This document shows, one piece after another, positions 36,570-47,399 of a DNA stretch of 64,000 nt. Below the pieces are notes generated by a model, which was not told where the DNA came from, did not search any database, and was given only the letters and a program-made list of their open reading frames with translations. A program made the position numbers and the translations under genes. Numbering within the stretch: the first letter of the stretch is position 1; each line of letters starts with the position of its first letter. Source of the stretch: Antedon mediterranea. Its lineage: Eukaryota > Animalia > Echinodermata. Location: contig NC_092672.1 in NCBI RefSeq assembly GCF_964355755.1, positions 26,542,437 to 26,606,436 of the forward strand. Direction: 5' to 3'.

Positions 36570-39500
36570 TAGTAGGCATGTTAAGGTGCATATTTTAGGC
36601 AAATCCTTCAAATTGTGATAACATTTTGAAACTTCGCACAGTTATTCATTAGGGTGTCAAAAATATGAAATAGAAGGGTTGCACAAAATTTGGTCAGGGG
36701 AAAGCCGCCATTTTGGATTTCAAAATGGCGGACCTCAAATTTTCACTTGTCAGGTATATCTCTGCTAAAGAGGCACCTAGAGTTCTGATTTTAAATGCAA
36801 AATATATGGTAGTGGGGTCACCAAACATATTGGTATAACTAACATTTTGATTGCATGGCGGCCATGTTGGATTTCAAAATGGCGGACCCAAAATTTTCAC
36901 TTTTCAGGTATATCTCTGCTAAAAAGGTACACAGTTATAATTTTAGGTACAAAGTATAATATGGTATTGAGGTCAACAAACATATTGGTATAACGTCTTT
37001 GATTGCATGGCGGCCATTTTGAATGTAGCTCAAACCTGGTAACCACACAGCTCTGTACATCATAAATCACTCTTTCTGCATTTACAGCGTCCGAGATCAC
37101 AGTCGGTGTGTCACAGCGAATTAAAACCTAATTTGTGACATCTGAAAGTTCCGGCAATGAACTCCAAACTGGACTAAATTTGTTGCCGTCCTTCCTCCAT
37201 CCCCAGTTTGCTGGGTCCTGTTCAACCATGAATGCATCTAGACAGTTGTACCATTTTCTGGCTTGTAGAACAGACCGTTTCACACGCAGATTCACACGCA
37301 GATGTTGGGGGGATATTTTAAATAGTCTGTAGTAAAAAGATATCGTCTTGCATCATTTACCTTCTTTCTACATAGTTACAACAAACTGTTCTAGATAATC
37401 TGTGTCACTAACATCCCCTACAGACAATGACATCGTCTCAAATTCCTTTCCTTGAACAGATGAAGTTGTATCAGTACTGCTAAAGGAATGAAAGAACAAG
37501 TAAGCGGCTGATGCTTGTGATCCAAGAGAAGTAATCTTGTGTATTGAGATATACTTCAAGTGCTTCCCCACTCCAAACTCGATTCAAAGCTCGTGGATGC
37601 CAGGTATTCTGTGGAAAGTTGACAATGAAATAACAACAACATCACTGTCTACTGTCTTGACAAGAATGCGCGGAAAAATGTTAGCGGCATGTTTAACATG
37701 AACAAACATACGTTCGTACGCAGTTGTATATTTACAGACTGGTTTGTTACAGCTCTGTCTCTCAGAGACCCTACAAACATTCCGTGATTTGTGTCAATGT
37801 TCTCTACTACTTCAGTTACAATTAATGAAACAACTCTGATTTGTTGTCATCATATCTCGAATATGTGGTCCAATTGTTGGGCATGCTCCCACTGGCTTTG
37901 ACGCCCCTCCTTACACTAGAGCCGCGGTTTGAACGCGTACTAGACTTTAAACCGTCGTTAAAGTATCTATAGAAAACCAAATCTGGTCGCGTCACTGATC
38001 GAAGTTGATGGTCTATATACTGTATGGTTGTGCGACAAAATGAAGCACCATTAGTTGCTGCCAAGGTGTTAGATGGACCAGCAACAATCAATATGCTCAG
38101 GCCCAATGATCGAAGACATTCATTGAGTATATATCAAGTGTCATACAACCATCAACTTCGATCAGTGACACGACTAGATTTGTTTTTCGATAGATACTTT
38201 AACGACAGTTTAAAGTCTGGTACGCGTTCAAACCGCGTCTCTGGTGTAAGGAGGGTCGTTAAAGCCAGCGGGAGCATGCCCAACAATTTGACCACATTTT
38301 TTAGATTTGATGACAACAAATCAGAGTTGTTTTCATTTATTGTAACTGAAGTAGTAGAGAACATTGGCACTAATCACGGAATGTTTGTAGGGTCTTTGGG
38401 AGACAGAGCTGTAACAAACCAGTAAATATACAATCGCTGATGCCATGTAACATAGAAGAGGCAGATGAACGTATGTTTGTTCACGTTAAACTTGCCGCTG
38501 AAATTTTCCACGTATTGTTCAAACTGTAGCACTTGAAGTACATCCCAATACACGAGATTGCTTCTTCTCTTGGATCACAAGCATCAGCCGCTTACTTGTT
38601 CTTTCATACCATTAGCGGTTGTGATAGAACTTCATCTGTTTAAGGAAAAGGTAAAGCTACATTAAACGAGACTTTGAAAAAGATGCCATGTATGACTCCA
38701 GTTTTTGAGAGGATGTCATTGTCTGTAGGGCATGTTAGTGAAACAGACACAGATTATCTAGAACAGTTTGTTGTAACTATGTCTACTGCAGAACATTTAA
38801 TAATGCAAGAAGATATCTTTTTACAACAAGAGAAAGACTATTGAAAATATCCCCCAACATCTGCGGCATTAAGAGAACATGTGAAACAGAAACCAGGAAG
38901 TGGTACGACTGTCTAGATGCATTCAGGGTTGAACAGGACCCAGCGAACTGGGGATAGAGGAAGGACGGCAACAAATTTAGTCCAGCTTGGAGTTCATTGC
39001 TGGAACTTTCCGATGTTTTAATTCGCTTTGGACACACCGACTGTGATCTTGGATGCTGTAAATGCAGAAAGAGTGATTTACGATGTACAGAGCTGTATGA
39101 TTGCCAGGGAAAATGTGACCTACAATAAGTGTCCGTGTTAAATACATGTAATTATGAACATAAACAAATAGTGTAAAGCCAGTACGGGTTGAGCTACATT
39201 CAAAATGGCCGACATGCAATCAAAGACGTTATACTAATATGTTTGTTGACCTCAATACTATATTATACTTTGTACCTAAAATTATAACTGTAGGTACCGT
39301 ACTGAAACATTTTGAGTTCGCAATTTTGAAATTCAAAATGGCCACCATGCAATAAAAATGTCAGTTAAATACAAATATGTTTGGTTACCCATTACCATAT
39401 AATTGGCACCTAAAATCAGAACTCTGTGTACCTTTTTAGCAGAGATACCTGAAAAATGAAAATTTGAAGTCTGCCATTTTGAAATCCAAAATGGCTGCCA

Positions 39501-40084
39501 TGCAATCAAAATGTTAGTTATACCAATATGTTTGGTGACCCCATTAACATATAATTTGCACCTAAAATCTGAACTCTAGGTGCCTTTTTAGCAGAGATAT
39601 ACCTGAAAAATGAAAATTTGAAATCCGCCATTTTGAAATCCAACATGGCCGCCATGGAATCAAAATGTTAGTTATACCAGTATGTTTGGTGACCCCACTA
39701 CCATATAATTTGCACCTAAAATCAGAACTCTAGGTGCCTCTTTAGCAGAGATATACCTAAAAAGTGAAAATTTGAAGTCCGCCATTTTGAAATCCAAAAT
39801 GGCCGCCATGCAATTAAAATGTTAGTTATACCAATATGTTTGGTGACCCCATTACCATATAATTTGCACCTAAATTCAGAACTCTAAGTGCCTATTTAGC
39901 AGAGATATACCTGAAAAGTGAACAATTCGGGTCCGCCATTTTGAAATCCAAAATGGCGGCTTTCCCCTGACCAAATTTTGTGCAACCCTTCCATTTCATA
40001 TTTCTGACACCCTAATGAATAACTGTGCAAAGTTTCAGAATGTTATCACAATTTGAAGGATTGGGTCACTTAACAGGCCTACTA
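36570..40084. mobile_element. Palindromic Academ-type transposon with degenerate transposase C-terminal fragments, inserted in DNAJC11 exon 8
   Basis: TAGTAGGC...GCCTACTA termini with 3-bp TSD CAC (36567-36569 and 40085-40087). Peptides EEADERMFVHVK, TVDSDVVVI and FFHTISGCDRTSS..GKGK resemble the Academ XPG/PIN-like region and occur on both strands. 154-bp subterminal repeats at ~39330-39960. Confidence 0.82.
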
Positions 40085-40199
40085 CACGGCAAACACATGA
40101 CTTGTCTGTCAGTTACAAGTTAGTATATGGTTTTAGTCAATTTTTTTTCTCTATGACATGTTACACCCTTGATAAATAGAATATACAGTACGGTAGGTG

Positions 40200-40463
40200 T
40201 ATTTTATTAAAGACAATATCCCAAAGTATGGTGAGGTGAGTCCCGTGTTCATTCTGAACATAGGGGAATGAGCTGTTCGGAGCTCATTGTACTAAACCTC
40301 GACATTATGTGGTAGGGTGGCCAGTTCCTTTCCACGTCACCTTTTTTCTCGCTAGTATTTTCAACTAGGTACTCATTTACAGCTAAGTGGACTGGAAGTT
40401 GTCGGGAATTGAACCCGGATCTATCCGGTCAGGTGTCCTAACCACTCAGCTATCCAACTCCAC
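40200..40463 (-). mobile_element. tRNA-derived SINE (third family)
   Basis: A box TAGCTGAGTGG, B box GTTCAATTCC, core TCCACTTAGCTGTAAATGAGTACC. Confidence 0.55.
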
Positions 40464-43400
40464 AAAGTATAGTATTCCTTAATAGATGGAAAAAAAAAAT
40501 TATTTTCACTCATAAAAAGACAAAAATAAATGGTTAAATTCAGCCAAAAACCTTGAAGCCAATTTGACTATTTTTTGATTGAAATTACACCTTTTTCAGG
40601 TAAATATTTTTGGTCTAACTGAATATTAACTATTATGTGAAATTAAAATAGCATATATTTTAAAAAAAATGTTCAGAGGGATAATATATCTTTAACAATT
40701 TACTTAAACATATCCCAAATTACTATTGTTTCTGTTTTTATTTTGTTACAGCTTGGTATTCCATCAACATTTGCAAGTGTTAATCTAGTCAAGAAGTTTG
40801 AAATTGATGAGGCAAAATTAAGTGTTTCTGCAAAGTAAGCAAGTATAGTCAACTCTGCCAATAACGGACACCCTTCGACTATGGCAGAATATGACTGGTT
40901 TTCCAAGACATTCTGGTATTCTGAATGTGTTTTTAATGGTTTAAAACTAGAATTTGGGTCAAGATACTGTAGTTTCCAGTTTTTAAAGCTGTATGTGACA
41001 ACAAAATATGATATGGACATGATGTATGTCATATCACTACCATATTTGGGAATACTGTATTACACTAGTTTGATAGTGTAGACGGGCTTCAGGAGTCCGG
41101 TATGAGGAGAGTCGACTGTAACATCTTGTAATAGAACAATAATATGATTAAATTTGATGAGAGGCAGACTGCATAGTTTGGTAAGACCAATTATTACTAT
41201 TAACTATTATGACCCACCTGAAAAGATTCATTTGATTGAAGGATTGTTGGTCACATAATTATTCAATGAACTACTCCAATGAATCCTTACATTATCAAGT
41301 GCAATTACGAGTTGTATTTTGCTATATCCACTTCATTCTTGTTACAATATGCATTTTGGTACTCATGACACAAGGCTAGGCTGTTTATAATTGTTATACT
41401 CTGCATCCAAAATTGGAGTGCTGCTATTTGAATGAATGTGTTAAGCTGGCCTAGCCTCTCGTTTTAGCTGAATAAAATAATTTATGTTTTTATCTGCGCT
41501 TCATCTCATGAAAAAGAACCTTTTTTCTTTCATCATCATTTATTTTTACCATTGCACTGATAATCATTCATTATTTGTATACTATTGTACAATACTGTAT
41601 GTATATGTTTTATTCTTGAAAGGGCTGGAAGTTTTGGTGCTATGTTTGAATATGGTATTGAGAAGAAAATATCGCAACACAGTCGATTAGGGTCAAAGGT
41701 CGCAGTAGGTGTACCTGTTGGAGTAACCGTTAAAATAAAGTAAGTCACAAAACAATTAAGATTACATTTAGATGGTCACACTCTGTCCCTCTCCAACTAA
41801 CCAATCATCTTTCACTATATATTTGCATCAATCCTTGGTACATAGTTATGATTCCAAAATATATTTTTATATCAGTACCTTTTCCTAACTATTTCTAAAT
41901 TTCTAAACGAAGCAATTTACTAAATCTGTAAAGTATTTAATTTAAAGGTAATTTGACATTTGTAATGTCAAAGACTGCATTATAGTTTACTGTCAAGTGA
42001 TACTTTAGAGTTTGTGTTTACCATCTTGATATTACAACTTTGTCTCCTCCTCTTCACCAGGCCTGCAGCAGCTGCTAAGCTCACAGGTTTTCAGTTTCAC
42101 TTGCCTGAAGCTTTGTTTCCACTTGAGGTTGATTAAATTTCTTCACAGGAATAGATCACTAAACTTGTATAATGAGTAAGGAACGCTAGCATATTTTGTA
42201 TGTACTTTTACCCGGATAAACAAATCCATGCCATTGTTCATGTCACTGATTGTTACTCTTTTTATAATAGTTTTTTTATTGTTTTAAACAGGCCTTTTTT
42301 CGAAATGCGGCTTAAAAGTTGTAGGAGAAGATTCCGGATGCACAACCATGGATCGTGTGTTCCACGTGGCATGCTTTACATGTGCTACCTGCAAGAAAAA
42401 GTTACGAGGACAGCCATTCTATGCCATGGAATCTAAAGCCTTCTGTGAGAACTGTTATATAGTAAGTGCTTATTAGTAACTGGTGCTCTATAATATCCTG
42501 ATATCTCTAAGTCTTACATTTATTGTCAACTTTCTTAAATCTAATGAATACCAAAAATTTGCGTTCAAAATGTCAAGAAATGATTACCAAATCTTTAAAA
42601 TGCATTCTCTAACAAAATTGAGTCCCATGGTTCAATGTTTTGTTTTCAGGGTTGATTTTAGAAATTTATTTTACTTTATCGTAAAAAAATTGTCTAAAAT
42701 TGACCAGAGAACGGGTCTTTTATTTATGTGAGAATTATATTCAGTACCATAGGGAATCAAGAATTAACAAAGTAAAGTGAGTTCTTCTCTACTTTGTGTT
42801 CATATGAAAAATGCATAAAACATTTCCCATGTAAAAAAAATATACATTTTATGGATCTCAGTTAGTAAGAAACAACATGTAATACATTTAATACATGTCA
42901 CAAAGTTTATTTTAGATGGAAAAATAGCTACTGTACTCAAACACCCACTTTGTAAACACATATTTTAAGCCTACATATCACACACACCAGCATTGTGTGT
43001 CAAATTATCAATACATTAAAGCAAAATGTTTGTCATTCAGACCTGTAAAACCAGCCGAAAATGAAAAAGCTATCTCTCTAATATTATTTTGCCCTTTGAA
43101 ATTTGTTTTTGAAAAAGTTGTCATAAACATATTTAAAGACCAATTAATCTAATTTCTACAAGTTTTCATTAACAAAATGTTAATATCATAAAATGGGTAA
43201 AAAAACTAAGAATAGAAACATTCACCTGACAAAAGTTAATAACAGTTACACATAACAGCCTTTTTGCAGATTGTAGAACAGTCGGTTTGTTTTCATCTAG
43301 AAAGGGTGAACAACTGACTTACTAACCTAGAATTCAGTTCTCTATGCCACCAAGCTTTCACTAATAGCTAAGTTATTCAGTTACCTAATCAAAATAACAA

Positions 43401-44689
43401 CATTTATCTTCCTTTGTTTAGCAACAAACAATTTTATTTTTTTAAAACTTTGTATCATGTAGGAAATTTGCTTCGCGATGTTCCGTTTGCTTACAGCCCA
43501 TAATGCCAGAACAAGGACAAGAGGAGACGGTACGCATTGTTGCTCTGGATCGCAGTTTCCATGTTGATTGTTACCGCTGCGAGGTAAGTTTTATTTTGCA
43601 CATGTTTCAAAAAAGAAATAAATCAACATTGAGATTGTCTTAACATTTCAATTGTTATGCTACAACTGCCTTCATTTTGGTGTAAAGAAAATCTGACTTT
43701 ACCTATATTAATCAATTTTAAATTTTTTTTACATTATCTGTTAACATTTTTACCTTAAATGAGATAATTATTTAAAAATCCAGTGCGCATGATCAGTCAT
43801 TACATGGTCAATTCCTACAATGCAACCAGTTGTCCTTCAGGTTAAACTTATTGCATTTGATTTGATAATCAGTTTGTCTCGAACGGAATCGGTTAAACAC
43901 TGTTTCCACAGAAACTATTGCCTGTCTGTCACACAGCCGCAACTACGGCTCTTTCGGACTGGTAACCACCGGTAAACAACGGTAAATAGCCACAGCTGTA
44001 CACATATAAATGTAAAAAGGAAATTTAATAATCTTTGACAAACAATTCTTTCTTTTATAATCCAAACCCCCCAAAAAAAAAACCACAAAAAAAACCCAAC
44101 CAATTCTCAAACAATGATAAAGTATCCCTATTCCCCACACACTTTATACAATTCCCCAAATTTCCCAATCCTTCCAGACAAAATATCAACAATCTTCTTT
44201 ATGTCAAATAAATCCCCGAAACCCCCCTTTCAAATACAATAATATCACAAGATGAATAATTAAACAATAATAAATGTCCACAATATTGTTCCTTCTTGCC
44301 TTCTCTCCTACGCTGACCCGAAAACAAATTAGAAAGATAAAAGTTAAAACGATTCTGCAACTAAACAACTCCCACGCCTCTGCTCCCGTTCTGCTGGTAC
44401 TCCCAATTATAATTCTTCTCAAACTGCAACTATTTTCTGACATATAAATAAATTAAATACAAAGTTAAAATGTTTCCTGATGTCGTTCTGTACTGCAATC
44501 CGCTCCCAGACCAATTATTTCTTTCTCCTTTTCTACGTAAAGTTACTCTTCAATATTTTCAAACAATTCTTTAAATGCAACTACTTCTGCTGTTTCCAAC
44601 AGTTATTTCTTCCGTCAATTTACATTCACAATTTCAATTAATCCTCAGTAATCTCAACAATTAATAGTTCTACATTTAAGTACAGCCTT

Positions 44690-45010
44690 ATAGTATTACT
44701 TCCAACTCACAATTTATTAACTTCATGTATATCACTTTATTTCTTTTCTGCTTCAGCTCTATATCACCATAATTATTTCCAACTCACAAGTTATTAACTT
44801 CATGTAGGTGTATATCACTTTATTTCCTTTCTGCTTCAGCTCTATATCACCATAATTATTTCCAACTCACAAGTTATTAACTTCATGTATATCACTTTAT
44901 TTCCTTTCTGCTTCAGCTCTACATCACCATAATTATTTCCAACTCACAATGTATTAACTTCATGTATATCACTTTATTTCCTTTATGCTTCAACTCTATA
45001 TCACCATAAT
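44690..45010. repeat. Minisatellite, ~77-bp unit x4
   Basis: Repeats of TTCCAACTCACAA..TTAACTTCATGTATATCACTTTATTTC..CTCTATATCACCAT. Confidence 0.85.
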
Positions 45011-45661
45011 TCAATTACTTCTTCTCCTGTACGTCTTAGTTTCTCATATCAATATTCACCTATCCCTTTCTGGCTTAACATAACATAGCCCTCCTTCTCT
45101 GTCTCCTCTCAATTTCCATCTCCCTCAAAATTCCCTCAATTATACACATACCACCACCTTATCCTTCACCAATCAGCAACTCACACACTAACTTAACTTT
45201 TACACCTCTCCTCCAGTCAGCAACCTCCACACAATCCTTCTCTGCAACACAAATACTCTGCTCCACTGGCTTCACACAATAGCTTCCTAAAACAAAAGAA
45301 AGGTTCAAATAGTGAAAACAAAGGGAAAGTAAGAATGAACTAGCAAAATATATACAGTATACAACTTTATGTCACTTGTGACACTGTCGAAACAAGACCT
45401 TAGTATAGGTTAGCCTGGCATGATTTATGAACTCTCTGTATGTGCACTGCAATGCTAATGGAAACAACAATTTGGCGATGTAACTCGTAAAGCAGCCTTT
45501 ATTTTTCTGTTATTCATGCCTATTACAAAACTCAAGGTGGTTTGGTGTTTCAGACGCCATTTTGGCAGCCATATTGTATCCAACTTTCAAATATAGTTCA
45601 TTTCATTACACAGGACCATTCTGGTTATTTTGATACCTCATGTATAAATGCATTCAGTAAA

Positions 45662-46000
45662 AGATGTATTGTCCCCCTGAAAAAATAATTCTTAAACAAT
45701 TTTTTGTTGAATATTACATTTTAATGTAACATAATAGTTATCCACTTTGACCAAAAATTATATTGAAAAATAATGTATGTACCTGAAATAAAGGTAATTT
45801 AAAGCAAAAAATGGTCAAATTGGCTGCCAGCCAATGGATTTTGGTTAAATTTAACTATTTATTTTGTCATTTTATAAGTGAAAACATTTTTTTTTTCTTT
45901 TTCTTTTTCTATGGAAGTGATTAACTTTATTAAAACTACAAAATAACATATTCAAAGTCTGATTTAATTAATTTTTCATGTTTTTGGGGACAATACATCT
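45662..46000. mobile_element. TTAA-target MITE (Kolobok-like), same TIR family as 25795-26351
   Basis: AGATGTATTGTCCCC ... GGGGACAATACATCT|TTAA. Related single ends occur near 28105-28124 and 40675-40695. Confidence 0.65.
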
Positions 46001-46977
46001 TTAAAGGACCAAACATACAAACACTCTATTAATATCAGTACTATATTATTCAATAGAATAACAGAATGATCACATTTTCATTTTTTAACAGGACTGTGGA
46101 TTACAGCTATCATCAGAGGTTGACGGACAAGGTTGCTATCCATTAGACGATCACGTCTTGTGCCGTGAATGCAACGGAAAGAGAGTACAAAGTCTTACAG
46201 CAATGTAAATTTAAAAGAAAAACCTGTAGTATGTGATCTGTGTGATCACACGATGTATTCCATTCATGCTGTGATCTTATTATGCAATCTGATCATGTGC
46301 TTTGATCGCATCAGACAATGTATTCCAATTAATGTCCTGGAATCATGTTATGTGATGGGATCTGTGTGTATTTCATTCATGTACTGGGAACACATAATAA
46401 GATCTGATGATGCGCTGTGCATCAGAACACATGATGTATTCCATTTCCAAGAAAAAACTGTGTTGTGTGATCTGTGTGATTTCATATGCTGTGATCATAT
46501 TATGCGATTTGATCATGCTCTGTGATACAATCATGTGATAATACTCACATCTTTGTGACTCTCATCTGAATAACAGACACATACTGTATAAATTAATTAT
46601 GCCATATGAATATTTTATAACTAATTCTTTGCACTGGCTAAAATCGCTAAGCATTGTGGGAAATGAAGAAGCATTTTTTTAGGATAACTGACTGTATTTT
46701 AAAGTTTTTTTTAACTATAACCGCTGTCTATAAAGGTTTAATTTTATTGTCATAATTATTAGAAAAAGGCAGGGTAAATGTTTAGTGTTATTTTTGGCTG
46801 ATTTAAAGTATAGATATTTTAAAATGGTGCTTACTGTAAATCATGTTGTTTAGCTGTTCTGCAAACCATCCAATTCTCAGTGCTGTATCTCCACATATAT
46901 GACCAGTATCAAGGGAAATTCCATAATACAGCATCTCTTATGTTTCATAGACAATTAAGGTCAAGTTTGACACAGCA

Positions 46978-47285
46978 TTTCCCCATTTTGGACACGATAT
47001 AGCGCCACCACTTCCCCATCCTGGACAGAAATTTCCCCAATTTGGACACGATATAGCGCCTCCACTTCCCCATCCTGGACAGAAATTTCCCCATTTTGGA
47101 CACGATATAGCGCCACCACTTCCCCATCTTGGACAGAAATTTCCCCATTTTGGACAAATCGGATTTCTCTATATTGGACAGCTTCTCCATCTTGGACACG
47201 ATTATAGAGCCACCTATCGCTTTTGTCCTTATTCTGGACAAAATATTTCCCCATTCTGGACAGAAATTTCCCCATCTTGAACAAA
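46978..47285. repeat. Minisatellite, 54-bp unit
   Basis: TTCCCCATTTTGGACACGATATAGCGCCACCACTTCCCCATCCTGGACAGAAAT x3 plus degenerate copies. Confidence 0.85.
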
Positions 47286-47399
47286 ATTCACCACACCTAT
47301 TGTAATTCGGTTTGTGCATTCGATAGTAGAACATTGCTATTAATATCCATACTCTTTTATCACTTATCGTTTATAGCTAAAACTCACCACAACAAGGAT

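Larger units (their letters stand above)
28229..41739 (+). pseudogene. DNAJC11: DnaJ homolog subfamily C member 11, 5' part only, disrupted
   Basis: Phase-compatible GT-AG exons: 28229-28303 (MAAPIG..LYSILNARKD), 30396-30525 ([14 protein letters not shown]-domain HPD), 31830-32002, 32882-32949, 33642-33816, 35327-35394, 35714-35781, 36476-36569 + 40088-40118 (split by a transposon; in-frame TGA at 40098-40100), 40752-40834, 41623-41739 ([27 protein letters not shown]). No further DNAJC11 exons were seen downstream. Confidence 0.85.
42292..46208 (+). pseudogene. LPP: 3' LIM-domain exons of an LPP/zyxin/TRIP6-family gene (partial)
   Basis: Exon 42292-42461 is LIM1 (FSKCGLKVVGEDSGCTTMDRVFHVACFTC..LRGQPFYAMESKAFCENCYI; first Cys replaced by Phe). 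Exon 43463-43583 is [40 protein letters not shown]. Exon 46092-46208 is DCGLQLSSEVDGQGCYPLDDHVLCRECN..*. The LIM2 exon and all 5' exons were not found. Confidence 0.8.

Noticed and set aside
42030-42150. GC-richer patch with a possible acceptor between the DNAJC11 and LIM exons
   Set aside because: No resemblance to the expected next DNAJC11 exon or an LPP exon; the frames examined close quickly.
46169-46525. 118-aa Cys/His-rich ORF
   Set aside because: Overlaps the LIM terminal exon out of frame and runs through TGATC-rich low-complexity 3' sequence; no domain pattern.
46945-47334. ORFs with SKMGK repeats; array superficially CRISPR-like
   Set aside because: 54-bp minisatellite with repeated, non-unique intervening sequence, in a eukaryotic context with no cas genes.
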